Shown in pieces: positions 40,931 to 52,165 of a stretch of DNA of 64,000 nucleotides (positions are counted from its first letter, which is position 1; every line of letters starts with the position of its first letter). Below the pieces are notes generated by a model. That model did not search any database. It saw nothing but the letters and a program-made list of their open reading frames with translations, and was not told where the DNA came from. Source of the DNA: Nitrospirota bacterium. GTDB lineage: Bacteria > Nitrospirota > Thermodesulfovibrionia > Thermodesulfovibrionales > Dissulfurispiraceae. A program made the position numbers and the translations under genes. The stretch lies in contig JBFLWF010000003.1 of NCBI GenBank assembly GCA_040758355.1, positions 1 to 64,000 of the forward strand, in the 5' to 3' direction.

Positions 40931-43606
40931 ATGCCAAAGGTAACAATAGACGGCAGGGCAATAGAAGTTCCGGCAGGAACAACGGTTTTGGATGCAGCAA
41001 AGATGCTGGATATTCCTATACCAACACTATGCCACCATCCAAAACTCACTCCATTTGGAGGATGCAGGCTGTGCATAGTGGAGATAAAAGGAATACCAAG
41101 ACCTGTAACTTCATGCACAACACCTGTAAGCGAAGGCATGGAAGTAACGACATCGACACCGCAGATAGAGAATCTGAGGAAAACCGTTTTGGAGCTTATA
41201 CTTTCAGATCATCCCAACGACTGCATGGTATGCGAGAGGGCAGGAGATTGCACACTGCAGGAGCTTGCATACTTTTATGGAATAAGGGAAAACAGATTTG
41301 CAGGGGAGAGAAGGATATATACAAAAAGGGATGGGAATCCATTCATTGAAAGGGATATGGAGAAGTGCATACTCTGCGGCAGGTGCGTAAAGGTCTGCGA
41401 TGAGGTTCAGGGAGTCGGGGCTATTGACTTTACATACAGGGGATTCAAATCAAAGATATGTCCTCCTTATGAGAAAGACCTTGATTGCGAGTTTTGCGGT
41501 CAGTGCGTTGCAGTCTGCCCTACAGGCGCCCTTACAGGCAAGCAGTGGGCGTTTAAGGGCAGGCAGAAGGATATTAAAGAGGTTGAAACGGTGTGTCCCT
41601 ACTGCGGCACTGGATGTAATATTACCCTTCATGTAAGAAGGAACGAGGTTGTAAGGGTAACATCGAGAGAAGATACATGGAATGAAGGATGGCTGTGCGT
41701 GAAGGGGAGGTTTGGCTATAAGTTCATCAACAGCCCTGACCGGCTGAAAAGCCCGCTTATAAGGATAGCACAGAAGTCAGAAGTCTTCAGGGAAGCCTCC
41801 TGGGATGAGGCACTCAATTATATCGCTACAAGATTAAACGAAATAAAGGCTAAGCATGGTGCAGATGCCATTGGTGGTCTTTCTTCTGCAAGATGCACAA
41901 ACGAAGAGAACTATTTATTTCAGAAATTTATGAGGGCTGCAATCGGTACGAATAATGTCGACCATTGTGCCCGTCTCTGACATGCTCCAACTGTGGCCAG
42001 TCTGGCCACCATATTCGGGTCGGGGGCTATGACCAATTCCATAAGAGAGATCGAAGGCATGGAGGTTATATTCATAATCGGCTCCAACACGAAGGAAACA
42101 CATCCTGTAATCGCCAATAGGATGATAAAGGCATACAGAAAGGGTGCGAAGATAATAGTTGCCGACCCGAGAAGGGTGCCGATGGTGAGATTTGCCGGGT
42201 TGTTTTTGAATTTAAAACCCGGAACGGATGCGGCGCTTCTCAATGGGATCGCCCATGTAATATTGAAAGAAGGAATGCATGACGGATATTTCATAGATAA
42301 AAGGACAGATGGTTTTGAAGAATGGAAAAAATCCGTGGAAGAATTTACCCCTGAATATGTTGAAAAGATAACAGGTGTTCCTAAAGAAGATATAATTAAA
42401 GCTGCAAGGCTTTATGGAAGCTCACGCAGGGCAGGCATATTTTACACAATGGGCATCACCCAGCATACATGCGGTACTGACAATGTAAATGCAATAGCAA
42501 ACCTTGCTCTTCTTACAGGAAACATCGGCAGGGAATTTACAGGCATCAGTCCATTAAGGGGACAGAATAATGTTCAGGGATCTTCGGATGCTGGCTGTCT
42601 GCCGAATGTATATCCCGGCTATCAGAGGGTGGATTTGCCTGAGATAAAACACAAATTCGAGAAGGCATGGGGCGTTTCCCTTTCTCAAAATGCAGGGTTA
42701 AAGGCAACAGAGATGATACCTGCTGCGCTTGAAGGCGGATTAAAGGCTATGTACATAATGGGAGAAAATCCTGTAATTACAGACCCGAATATGCATCATA
42801 CAGTAGAGGCATTAAAGAGCCTTGAGTTCCTTGTTGTCCAGGACATCTTCATGACAGAAACAGCCGAGCTTGCGGATGTGGTATTGCCTGCCGCATGCTT
42901 TGCAGAAAAGGATGGAACCTTTACAAATACAGAGCGGAAGGTGCAGAGGGTAAGAAAGGCAGTCAATCCTCTGGGTGAAGCAAGGGATGATATATCCGTC
43001 ATCATGGAGATTTCAGAAAGACTCGGTTATCCCATGGATTATAATTCTCCGGAAGAGGTGCTTGAGGAGTTCGGCCAGCTCTGGCCTGCCCTTGCCGGCA
43101 TAAAATACAACCGGATCGAAAAATACGGCATTCAATGGCCATGCCCGACAAAGGATCATCCAGGCACGGAATATCTTTATAAGGGCGGATTCCCGCGCGG
43201 CAAGGTCCATTTCACCCCGACGCAGTATGCCCCTCCTGCAGAGATCGCCGATGAAGATTATCCCTTTATCCTTACTACGGGCAGGAATCTCTTCCAGTAC
43301 CATGCAGGCTCCATGACGAGAAGGGTAAAACCGATAGAGATTCATGCCGGTGAGCCTTATATGGAAATTAATCCATCGGACAGCGAAAGGCTTGATATTA
43401 AGGATGGCGATGTAGTAAAAGTCGTGTCCAGACGCGGAAACATCGAGATAAAAGCAAGGATTACCCGAAGGGTTTCCGAGGGCGTGGTGTTCATACCAAT
43501 GCACTACAGGGAAGCAGCGGCCAATGTATTAACAAATGACAGTGCTCTTGACAGACATGTAAAGACCCCTGAATATAAGGTCTGTTCTGTGAAAATAGAA
43601 AAGTAA
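40931..43606 (+). CDS. fdhF: Selenocysteine-containing formate dehydrogenase alpha subunit (891 aa; Sec at TGA 41978-41980)
   Basis: The two track ORFs are in frame and join as NNVDHCARL-U-HAPTVASL, the Mo/W-ligand motif. Also PLRGQNNVQG and NuoG-like Fe-S N-terminus. Confidence 0.95.
41978..42010 (+). promoter_or_regulatory. Bacterial SECIS element
   Basis: Hairpin GTGGCCA-GTC-TGGCCAC (41993-42009) begins 12 nt after the in-frame UGA. Confidence 0.85.
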
Positions 43607-43618
43607 GGAGGGAAACAT

Positions 43619-44074
43619 ATGGCAACAATCACTGACCTTAAGAAGCAGGTATTATTTGAAGATACAGATGACAAACATCTTGAAAAGATCGCAGAAAAAC
43701 TGCAAGAGATAACCATTAAAAAAGATAGCTATGTGTTCAGAGAAAAAGAAGACACGAAGGGCATATATCTCATTCACTCCGGAAAACTCGAGATTTCCAA
43801 AACAACGCCTGACGGCTGGAAACAGACCCTTGCAGTTCTCGGTGACGGTCATTTTTGCGGAGAGTTGTCAATCCTCGAAAAGAGGCATCACGAGGCAAAT
43901 GCCGTTGCCCTTGAGGATACCACATTATTCCTGCTTTCAAAGGATGAATTCGAAAAAATAGAAAATGAAGATATGGTCCTTGCAAATGTCATCCTGAAGA
44001 AGCTCGCTTTTGTATTGAGCAAAAATCTTAGGCGCATGAACGATAAGTTTTTAAATGTGCTTATAAATTACTAA
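43619..44074 (+). CDS. Stand-alone cyclic-nucleotide-binding domain protein (no HTH)
   Basis: [31 protein letters not shown] motifs; 151 aa. Confidence 0.85.
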   Translation: MATITDLKKQVLFEDTDDKHLEKIAEKLQEITIKKDSYVFREKEDTKGIYLIHSGKLEISKTTPDGWKQTLAVLGDGHFCGELSILEKRHHEANAVALEDTTLFLLSKDEFEKIENEDMVLANVILKKLAFVLSKNLRRMNDKFLNVLINY

Positions 44075-44093
44075 CAAAAAGGAGGAGGTATTT

Positions 44094-45857
44094 ATGCCGT
44101 ATGACGCAACGAAATTAGCTGACTGGCAGATTTCAGAAGAAGCTGAAAAAAACATGCCCACCCCGGAAGAGTGGCGCGAAAAACTCGGGCTGCAGAAAGA
44201 TGAGATGCTGCCCATGGGCCGCCTCTCCAAAATTGACTTTCTAAAGGTTATCGAGCGTCTTAAGGACAAGCCTGACGGCAAATACATAGAGGTTACAGCT
44301 ATCACGCCGACACCTCTGGGCGAAGGCAAAAGCACCACCTCTTGCGGCCTGATGGAAGGCCTCGGCAAGAGGGGCGTTAACGTGGGAGGCGCTCTGCGCC
44401 AGCCTTCAGGCGGTCCCACAATGAACGTGAAAGGCACCGCAGCAGGCGGCGGTAACTCCCTGCTGATCCCTATGACCGAATTTTCACTTGGGCTCACCGG
44501 CGACATCAACGACATCATGAACGCCCACAACCTTGCTATGGTCGCCCTCACCGCCCGCATGCAGCATGAGCGCAATTATAATGACGAGCAGTTGCAGCGG
44601 CTCACCAGGATGAGGCGTCTTGATATAGACCCCACCCGCGTGGAGATGGGATGGATAATGGACTTCTGCGCCCAGAGCCTCCGCAATATCATCATTGGCA
44701 TCGGCGGCAAACAGGACGGCTACATGATGCAGTCAAAGTTCGGTATCGCCGTGGGTTCCGAGTGCATGGCAATCCTTTCAGTAGCCAACGACCTTGCAGA
44801 CCTGAAAAAGCGCCTGAACAACATCACAGTTGCCTTTGACAAAAACCATAAACCAGTCACAACAGGAGATCTTGAAGTCGGCAATGCAATGGCTGCCTTC
44901 ATGCGTAATACCATTAACCCAACCCTTATGTGCACGGCCGAATACAATCCATGCTTTGTGCATGCCGGGCCGTTTGCGAATATAGCTATAGGGCAATCAT
45001 CCATTATTGCCGACAGGATCGGACTGAAGCTCTTTGATTATCATGTTACGGAGTCCGGCTTTGCAGCGGACATCGGTTTCGAAAAGTTCTGGAACGTCAA
45101 GTGCCGCTTCAGCGGCCTGAAACCCCATGTGTCGGTGCTGACCACCACCGTGCGCGCCCTGAAGATGCACGGCGGCGGGCCAAAAGTCGTGCCGGGAAAG
45201 GCCCTGCCAGAAGAGTACACTAAAGAGAATATCGCCCTTGTCGAAAAGGGCTGCGCCAATATGGTTCATATGATAAATATCATCCGCAAGTCCGGCATCA
45301 ACCCTGTGGTCTGCGTCAACCGTTTCTATACCGATACGGATGCGGAAGTGGCGGTTATCAAGAAAGCCGCGGAAGCGGCAGGAGCCCGCTGCGCCGAATC
45401 GCAGCACTGGCTCAAGGGCGGCGAGGGAGCGCTGGAACTGGCAGATGCTGTCATTGACGCCTGCAACGACAAGAATGACTTCAAGTTCCTCTATCCGCTG
45501 GAGATGAAACTGCGCGACCGCGTAGCTATCATCGCAAAAGAAGTGTACGGCGCAGACGGCGTCTCATGGACACCCGAGGCTGAAGCAAAGGCAAAGATGC
45601 TTGAAGATGATCCCAAGTATGCAGACTACGCAACAATGATGGTAAAAACGCATCTGAGCCTTTCGCATGACCCTGCTGTCAAAGGAGTTCCTAAAGGCTG
45701 GACCCTGCCAATCAGGGACGTGCTGATCTACTCAGGCGCAAAGTTCCTCTGCCCAATGGCAGGAACAATAAGCCTCATGCCCGGAACGAGTTCCGATCCT
45801 GCTTTCCGAAGGATCGATGTGGATACCGCGACCGGAAAGGTCAGCGGACTGTTCTAA
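44094..45857 (+). CDS. fhs: Formate--tetrahydrofolate ligase
   Basis: [54 protein letters not shown]. Confidence 0.96.
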   Translation: MPYDATKLADWQISEEAEKNMPTPEEWREKLGLQKDEMLPMGRLSKIDFLKVIERLKDKPDGKYIEVTAITPTPLGEGKSTTSCGLMEGLGKRGVNVGGALRQPSGGPTMNVKGTAAGGGNSLLIPMTEFSLGLTGDINDIMNAHNLAMVALTARMQHERNYNDEQLQRLTRMRRLDIDPTRVEMGWIMDFCAQSLRNIIIGIGGKQDGYMMQSKFGIAVGSECMAILSVANDLADLKKRLNNITVAFDKNHKPVTTGDLEVGNAMAAFMRNTINPTLMCTAEYNPCFVHAGPFANIAIGQSSIIADRIGLKLFDYHVTESGFAADIGFEKFWNVKCRFSGLKPHVSVLTTTVRALKMHGGGPKVVPGKALPEEYTKENIALVEKGCANMVHMINIIRKSGINPVVCVNRFYTDTDAEVAVIKKAAEAAGARCAESQHWLKGGEGALELADAVIDACNDKNDFKFLYPLEMKLRDRVAIIAKEVYGADGVSWTPEAEAKAKMLEDDPKYADYATMMVKTHLSLSHDPAVKGVPKGWTLPIRDVLIYSGAKFLCPMAGTISLMPGTSSDPAFRRIDVDTATGKVSGLF

Positions 45858-45883
45858 ACATTTTTGCTTCTACAGTTACCGAC

Positions 45884-45920
45884 AAGCCTCCAGAAATATA
45901 TTCTGGAGGCTTCTTGTTTT
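45884..45920 (+). terminator. Intrinsic terminator after fhs
   Basis: AAGCCTCCAGAA-ATATA-TTCTGGAGGCTT followed by CTTGTTTT. Confidence 0.8.
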
Positions 45921-45936
45921 CAGGTATAATACATTT

Positions 45937-47004
45937 ATGGGAGTAATCAAAAAGAGTACGCTCTCATTAATCATTGCAGTTGTTCTCTCCTTAATACTGC
46001 ATATTGTAGTCATTGCGGGCATTTCAGGAATAGATTTATTTAGTTTTAAAGAATTGTTTGCTGCAAAACCATTCCATGCAAAAATTGTATCAGAGTCCCC
46101 TAAAAAACCTAACTTGAGCAAATTAATTAAAGAACCGCCTCCTGTTCAGCCTGACAACATTCCTCAAAAACAAGAAACTCCTCCGGCAACAGAAGAAGAT
46201 GTAAACAGGACAGAACAGCCTTCAGAAGTCCTTCCTGTCGACAAACAGGCTCAGGATAATAAGGACGAATTCCAGCAAACAGCGAGTTTGCCTGCAAGCG
46301 AAAAGCCAATAGAACTGCCTAAAACTCAAGATACTGTTCAGATACTAAAATCCGCAAGGGAAAAACTCTATTTCGACATTTACTGGCTCGGCATTTATGT
46401 GGGAAAGGCAGTCCTTGAGGCTGTTAATGACAACGGCAATGTGAAAATAACATCGCAGGTTCATTCCGCACCATTGATCTCTGCATTTTATAAAGTGGAA
46501 GACTATGCAGAAAGCCATATAACAAATGGCACTCCATCTTTTTTCAAAATAAAGCAGCGCGAGGGAAGAAAAAGGGGAAACAAGGAAACATTCTTCGATA
46601 TAACAAACAAAAAGGTTACACACATAAACCACATTAAAGGAACAAAGGACGAGCATACTATTAGTGCTGAGAACTTGTGGGATGTAATGTCTGGCTTCTA
46701 TTATTTACGGACGCAAAAACTCAATGTAGGTGAAACCGTATATATCAATGTCTTCGACAGCAATAAATTTTACAAGGCTGAAGTCGAGGTGCTGAGAAAA
46801 GACAAAGTGGTAATGTCCGATGAGAAAGAACTGGATGCAGTAGTGGTAAAGCCCAGACTTAAATCAGAAGGCCTGTTTGAGAACAAAGGAGATATATCTG
46901 TCTGGCTCTCTGATGATGATATGAAAATACCGCTCAAAGTCGAAACCGAAGTGCCCATCGGAAAGGTTACTGCTGAGTTAAAGTCACTGGAGACAGAGAA
47001 ATAA
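45937..47004 (+). CDS. Membrane-anchored protein with Pro-rich linker and DUF3108-like C-terminal domain
   Basis: SLILH anchor, EKLYFDIYWLGIYVG.A, D.MS..YYLR, VWLSDD..KIP; ATG at 45937. Confidence 0.75.
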   Translation: MGVIKKSTLSLIIAVVLSLILHIVVIAGISGIDLFSFKELFAAKPFHAKIVSESPKKPNLSKLIKEPPPVQPDNIPQKQETPPATEEDVNRTEQPSEVLPVDKQAQDNKDEFQQTASLPASEKPIELPKTQDTVQILKSAREKLYFDIYWLGIYVGKAVLEAVNDNGNVKITSQVHSAPLISAFYKVEDYAESHITNGTPSFFKIKQREGRKRGNKETFFDITNKKVTHINHIKGTKDEHTISAENLWDVMSGFYYLRTQKLNVGETVYINVFDSNKFYKAEVEVLRKDKVVMSDEKELDAVVVKPRLKSEGLFENKGDISVWLSDDDMKIPLKVETEVPIGKVTAELKSLETEK

Positions 47005-47036
47005 AAGTTTCCTGCCTGCTTAGGTTATACTGTGAC

Positions 47037-47219
47037 CCAGCGATAAGGATAAGTCTCTTTCGTTCAGAAGCTCTGTTTTGACAGTTCTAATGCTCCTTGC
47101 ACTACAGCCGCAAAACTCACCCTTCGGGCTCAAACAGTTGCGGCTGTTTAACGCTCCAGTCGCAAAGAACTGTTACCAAAACATCGCTATTCACTTCAGA
47201 GACCCATCCTTATCGCTGG
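47037..47219. repeat. ~183-nt nested palindromic element (MITE/REP-like) upstream of uvrA
   Basis: CCAGCGATAAGGAT..GTCTCT / AGAGAC..ATCCTTATCGCTGG; ACAGTTCT / AGAACTGT; ACAGCCGCAA / TTGCGGCTGT. Confidence 0.8.
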
Positions 47220-47249
47220 ATTTGGGTTATAATAAAAACGGACATAGCC

Positions 47250-49781
47250 ATGCAAGAATTTATAATCATAAAAGGCGCAAGGGAGCATAATCTCAAAAAC
47301 ATCGATGTAACAATACCGAGGGACAGAATAACTGTCATTACAGGCCCTTCAGGCTCAGGAAAGTCGTCCCTTGCAATGGATACCATTTATGCAGAAGGGC
47401 AGAGAAGATATGTTGAGAGCCTTTCCGCATATGCTCGACAGTTCCTCGAGCAGATGCAAAAGCCTGAAGTTGACTATATCGAAGGACTTTCTCCTGCCAT
47501 TGCCATCGACCAAAGAACAGTCACCAGAAGCCCCCGCTCTACGGTAGGGACTATTACCGAGATATACGATTATATGAGGGTGCTTTATACGAGGATAGGC
47601 ATCCCGTATTGTTATCAATGCGGTTCGGTTATCACAACGCAGGACCTGCACAATATCATAAGGGCAATACTCTCATTACCATCAGGAACAAGGGTTCAGG
47701 TGCTTGCGCCAATTGTAAGGGAAAGGAAAGGCGAATACAAAAAAGAGCTGCAGCAGATGCGGATGGACGGTTTTGTCAGGGCAAGGATCGACGGCAAGAT
47801 GGTGGATTTGACACAGGACATTTCCCTTAAAAAGCAGCAGAGGCATACCATAGAGATAGTAATAGACAGGTTTATAATAAAGCACTCCATAGAAAGGCAG
47901 ATAAGGCAGGCAATAGACACATCCCTGAGATATGCAGATACGGTTATAATCAATCTCATAGATGAAAACAGGGACATTCCATTCAGCAGAACCCTCGCCT
48001 GCCCTAAGTGCGGAATAAGTTATCCTGAGATCGAGCCAATGCTTTTTTCCTTTAATAGTAAGTATGGTGCGTGCCCCAGATGCAACGGTATTGGATTTGA
48101 AGGTATAAGCGATGAATTTGGAGTTGAGAGTCCTGAGTTTGGAGTTGTAGGTGAGGAGGAATTTACTCATTTAGCAGCATGCAAGGGATGTAACGGCATG
48201 AGGCTGAGAAAAGAGGCCCTGAGCATAAAGCTCAATAACACAAGCATTGGCGAATTTGCCGACATGTCAGTTAAAGATGCAGAAGCCTTTGTGCATGGAC
48301 TAAAACTCTCTGAAAGGGAAACGGTAATCTCAAGAAGGGTTCTTAAAGAGGTGAAGGACAGGCTCTCATTCCTCGACAGGGTTGGTTTGGGTTATTTAAC
48401 TCTTGACAGGCCTTCCCTCACACTCTCAGGCGGAGAGGCCCAGAGAATAAGGCTGGCAACACAGATCGGTTCATCCCTCACCGGGGTCCTTTATGTGCTC
48501 GATGAGCCGAGCATCGGCCTGCATCCGAGGGACTGTACAAAACTCCTCAAAAGTCTTTCTTCAATAAAAGATGCAGGAAATACAGTAATCATTGTTGAGC
48601 ATGACGAAGAGACCATAAGAAGTGCAGACCATGTTATAGACATGGGACCAGGCGCTGGCAAAAACGGCGGATGGATTATATCGACAGGCTCGCCTGTCGA
48701 TATAATAAAAGACGGGTCGTCAATCACAGGGAAATATCTTGGCGGACAGCTCGCAATACCTATACCTGAAAAGCGGCGCAGACCAAGAGAGTTCTTGAAG
48801 ATAACGGGAGCATCCGAATTCAATCTGAGAAATATCAATGTCTCGATCCCCATCGGGGTATTTGTGTGCGTGACAGGCGTTTCGGGATCGGGCAAAAGCA
48901 CATTGATCTTTGAAATCCTATACAAGGCACTTTCAAGGCATATCTACAACAGCAGCCTGATTCCTGGACAATATAAAAAAATTGAGGGCATGGAAAAGAT
49001 CGATAAAGTGATATGCATTGACCAGTCTCCATTGGGAAGGACTCCGAGGTCAAACCCGGCTACATACACAGGAATACTTACAATTATAAGGGACCTTTTT
49101 TCCCAACTGCCTGATTCGAGGATAAGGGGATACAAACCTTCGAGGTTCAGCTTTAATGTGACCGGCGGAAGATGCGAGGCATGCCAGGGAGATGGATTGA
49201 AAAAAATAGAGATGCATTTCCTGCCCGATGTATATGTGACATGCGATGTGTGTAAAGGCAAAAGATATAACAAAGAAACTCTCGACATTTATTACAAAGA
49301 AAAAAACATATCAGACATCCTTGAAATGACAATATCAGAGGCGCTTGAGTTCTTTTCGGCCATCCCTCCTCTCAAGCAGCGCCTCGATATTTTAGAAGAC
49401 ATGGGAATGGGATATCTCAAATTAGGCCAGTCTGCAACAACCCTTTCAGGGGGAGAGGCGCAGAGATTAAGGCTCTCCAAGGAATTGGGCAAGAAGGCCA
49501 CGGGCAATACCCTGTACATCCTCGATGAGCCCACAACAGGGCTGCACTTTGTTGACATTCAGAGGCTTCTCAATGTTATAAATAGACTCGTTGACATGGG
49601 CAACAGTGTTATAGTAATCGAGCATGACCTCGATATAATCAAGTCTGCCGATTACATTATCGACCTCGGGCCTGAAGGCGGGGAAGAAGGCGGAAGAATA
49701 GTGGCAGCCGGAACACCGGAAGATGTGGCAAAAAACAAAGAATCGTATACTGGAAGGTATCTGGCAAAGAAGATAATTTAG
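47250..49781 (+). CDS. uvrA: Excinuclease ABC subunit A (843 aa, short form)
   Basis: [42 protein letters not shown], zinc fingers; ATG at 47250. Confidence 0.96.
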   Translation: MQEFIIIKGAREHNLKNIDVTIPRDRITVITGPSGSGKSSLAMDTIYAEGQRRYVESLSAYARQFLEQMQKPEVDYIEGLSPAIAIDQRTVTRSPRSTVGTITEIYDYMRVLYTRIGIPYCYQCGSVITTQDLHNIIRAILSLPSGTRVQVLAPIVRERKGEYKKELQQMRMDGFVRARIDGKMVDLTQDISLKKQQRHTIEIVIDRFIIKHSIERQIRQAIDTSLRYADTVIINLIDENRDIPFSRTLACPKCGISYPEIEPMLFSFNSKYGACPRCNGIGFEGISDEFGVESPEFGVVGEEEFTHLAACKGCNGMRLRKEALSIKLNNTSIGEFADMSVKDAEAFVHGLKLSERETVISRRVLKEVKDRLSFLDRVGLGYLTLDRPSLTLSGGEAQRIRLATQIGSSLTGVLYVLDEPSIGLHPRDCTKLLKSLSSIKDAGNTVIIVEHDEETIRSADHVIDMGPGAGKNGGWIISTGSPVDIIKDGSSITGKYLGGQLAIPIPEKRRRPREFLKITGASEFNLRNINVSIPIGVFVCVTGVSGSGKSTLIFEILYKALSRHIYNSSLIPGQYKKIEGMEKIDKVICIDQSPLGRTPRSNPATYTGILTIIRDLFSQLPDSRIRGYKPSRFSFNVTGGRCEACQGDGLKKIEMHFLPDVYVTCDVCKGKRYNKETLDIYYKEKNISDILEMTISEALEFFSAIPPLKQRLDILEDMGMGYLKLGQSATTLSGGEAQRLRLSKELGKKATGNTLYILDEPTTGLHFVDIQRLLNVINRLVDMGNSVIVIEHDLDIIKSADYIIDLGPEGGEEGGRIVAAGTPEDVAKNKESYTGRYLAKKII

Positions 49782-49784
49782 GCA

Positions 49785-50870
49785 ATGGGCAATAGGCAAA
49801 AGACAAAAGACAAAAAAAATAATATTTTTGGAACAGGGATAAATGGTTATTCAGTTATTTCACATCGCCTATTGCCTATCGCCTATTGCCTTTTGTTTAT
49901 CTTATCTTCCTGCAGCCCTACTCAAGAAAAGCTCTACAAAGAGACCCGCACTTCTATGTACACTATTGTCTCGATTACGGTATCTTCAGACTCCGAAGAA
50001 AAGGCAAAAACAGCAATTGACAGGGCATTTAACGAACTGGACAGGCTTGCAAGGCTTTTAAATTTTTATTCTGAAGACAGCGAAGTATCCATGATTAATA
50101 GAAACGCTGGCGACAAACCTGTAAAGGTATCTCCAGAGACATTGGAGATAATAGATAAGGCGCTTTATGTATCGGAAAATACGGAAGGCGCATTTGATAT
50201 TACAGTCGGCCATGTAGTACGTCTGTGGGACTTCCAAAATAAGGTGCTGCCTGATGAAAAATTAATTAAAGAAAAACTTAAACTCGTGGGATACAGGAAT
50301 GTAATTGTGGATAAGGAAAAATCCAAGGTCTTTCTCAAAACAAAAGGAGTGCAGATAGACTTAGGCGGCATTATAAAAGGCTATGCAGCGGACAAGGCAG
50401 TAGAGGTGCTTAGAAAGAACAGGATAAAATCAGGCATTGTGGCTATTGCAGGAGATATAAAGGTGTTTGGGAAAAGACCGCCGACAGGATCGGATAACGG
50501 GCTGTGGAATGTTGGAATACAAAACCCGAGACAGAAAAGCGACAAGGATGAAATCATTGCTGCCATCGGTCTTTCGGATATGGCAATATCCACATCAGGT
50601 GATTACCAGAGATTTTTTATAAAGGATGGGAAAAGGTATCATCATCTTCTCAATCCAAGGACAGGCTATCCTGCTTATGGCTGCCAGAGCGTAACAATAA
50701 TAACAAAGGATGCTGCATTTACAGATGCCTTTGCCACAGGCATATTTATCCTCGGCCATCAAAAGGGAATGGATGTCTTAAAGAGGCTCGGCTTTGATGG
50801 AGTTATTGTGGATAAAGATGGTAAAATTCTTGTCACAGAAGGGATAAAAGATAAAATAAAATGGACCTAA
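49785..50870 (+). CDS. apbE: FAD:protein FMN transferase lipoprotein
   Basis: Lipobox LSSC, GAFDIT, DLGGI.KGYAAD, STSGDYQR, HHLLNPRTG. Confidence 0.93.
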   Translation: MGNRQKTKDKKNNIFGTGINGYSVISHRLLPIAYCLLFILSSCSPTQEKLYKETRTSMYTIVSITVSSDSEEKAKTAIDRAFNELDRLARLLNFYSEDSEVSMINRNAGDKPVKVSPETLEIIDKALYVSENTEGAFDITVGHVVRLWDFQNKVLPDEKLIKEKLKLVGYRNVIVDKEKSKVFLKTKGVQIDLGGIIKGYAADKAVEVLRKNRIKSGIVAIAGDIKVFGKRPPTGSDNGLWNVGIQNPRQKSDKDEIIAAIGLSDMAISTSGDYQRFFIKDGKRYHHLLNPRTGYPAYGCQSVTIITKDAAFTDAFATGIFILGHQKGMDVLKRLGFDGVIVDKDGKILVTEGIKDKIKWT

Positions 50871-50887
50871 GTTGAGCGATTTTATAT

Positions 50888-51048
50888 ATGTCAGGCACTG
50901 CTCAAAGACTTTAAAAAGTGTTGGTTTAAGTGTATATGAGAGATAATAAATGCATCATCAAGCAAGCATCCAATGTAGTAGATGACGGATGCAAGATAAA
51001 TGGTTTTTACAAGTGCGTGGTTTAAAGTCTTTTCGCAGCACCTGACAT
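50888..51048. ncRNA. Unidentified structured non-coding element, copy 1
   Basis: Interrupted terminal stem; homologous to 61973-62134 with compensatory changes. Transcription is not shown. Confidence 0.55.
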
Positions 51049-51094
51049 ATATTTTAGATTAGAATAGCCCAATTTAGGATGGAGTGTTGGAGTA

Positions 51095-51280
51095 ATGCAG
51101 ATAACCTGTCCTGTTTGTAAGAAAAAGACTACATGGGAAGAAAATCCGTGGAGGCCCTTTTGTTCAGAAAGATGCAAGCTGATCGATTTAGGGAAATGGG
51201 CATCTGAGGAGTATAAAGTTCCGGGAGAAGAAGCAGCGGAAAAAGAAGAGAAAGAGAAAAACAGTGCAAAAGACCAATAA
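51095..51280 (+). CDS. yacG: DNA gyrase inhibitor YacG
   Basis: CPVCKK ... [21 protein letters not shown]. Confidence 0.93.
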   Translation: MQITCPVCKKKTTWEENPWRPFCSERCKLIDLGKWASEEYKVPGEEAAEKEEKEKNSAKDQ

Positions 51281-51310
51281 CGAGTAAGTTAATTATAAAA
51301 AGGGGGATTT

Positions 51311-51337
51311 CATAAGGGGGACAACGTCCCCCTTATG
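51311..51337. repeat. Perfect 12-bp hairpin between yacG and dapB
   Basis: CATAAGGGGGAC-AAC-GTCCCCCTTATG with no U-tract. Confidence 0.7.
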
Positions 51338-51356
51338 CCCCAAGAGGAGGATTTAC

Positions 51357-52160
51357 ATGACAAGGATTATTGTGACAGGCGCAACAGGAAGAATGGGGAG
51401 CAGGATTACTGCCCTTTCAAAGGATTACCATGATTTAAAACTTGCGGGAGCAACCGAGAGAAAGGGACATGACGCAATAGGCAGAGACATTGGCCCGATT
51501 GTAGGAATCGGTGAAACAAACGTAAAATTGACAGACAAGCTCGAAGATGTTATCGACACCTGTGATGTCATTATTGACTTCACATCCATAAATTCAACGC
51601 TGCAGCATGCAAAGTTAGCCGCTGAAAGAAAAAAGGCAATGGTAATCGGCACAACAGGATTCTCAAAAGAAGAGTTGGAACCGATAAAAGAATTTTCAAA
51701 AAATACCCCCATAGTTCTTGCCCCAAATATGAGCGTCGGCGTTAATCTCCTTCTTAAAGTTTTGCAGGATATCGCAAGGGTGCTCGGCGATGACTATGAC
51801 ATTGAAATTGTAGAGGCCCACCACAGATTGAAAAAGGATGCTCCGAGCGGCACAGCCATGAAAATGGCTCAGGTAATTGCAGATGCAGTCAACAGAGACC
51901 TCGACAATGTGGCTGTCTATGCAAGAAAGGGATTAATCGGCGAGAGAACGAAAAAGGAAATAGGCATTCAGACATTGAGGGGCGGGGATGTAGTGGGAGA
52001 ACATACCGTATTTTTCTATGGGCTCGGAGAGAGGATAGAGATTACTCACAAGGCATCAAGCAGGGACACCTTTGCAAGGGGCGCATTAAAGGCAGCTTTG
52101 TGGATTTCTAACAGGACTCATGGACTCTACGACATGCAGGATGTGCTGGGACTGAAATAG
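51357..52160 (+). CDS. dapB: 4-hydroxy-tetrahydrodipicolinate reductase
   Basis: GATGRMG, IGTTG, APNMSVGVN, EAHHRLKKDAPSGTA. Confidence 0.97.
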   Translation: MTRIIVTGATGRMGSRITALSKDYHDLKLAGATERKGHDAIGRDIGPIVGIGETNVKLTDKLEDVIDTCDVIIDFTSINSTLQHAKLAAERKKAMVIGTTGFSKEELEPIKEFSKNTPIVLAPNMSVGVNLLLKVLQDIARVLGDDYDIEIVEAHHRLKKDAPSGTAMKMAQVIADAVNRDLDNVAVYARKGLIGERTKKEIGIQTLRGGDVVGEHTVFFYGLGERIEITHKASSRDTFARGALKAALWISNRTHGLYDMQDVLGLK

Positions 52161-52165
52161 GGCGG

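Noticed and set aside
40931..43606. Formate dehydrogenase pseudogene or two genes
   Set aside because: The stop is an in-frame UGA at the Sec position followed by a SECIS hairpin.
47097..47249. N-terminal extension of UvrA
   Set aside because: It is read-through of a palindromic element; UvrA similarity begins at ATG 47250.
50478..50493. Mini-palindrome insertion in apbE (RPPTGSD)
   Set aside because: Too short and weakly paired to support without an alignment.
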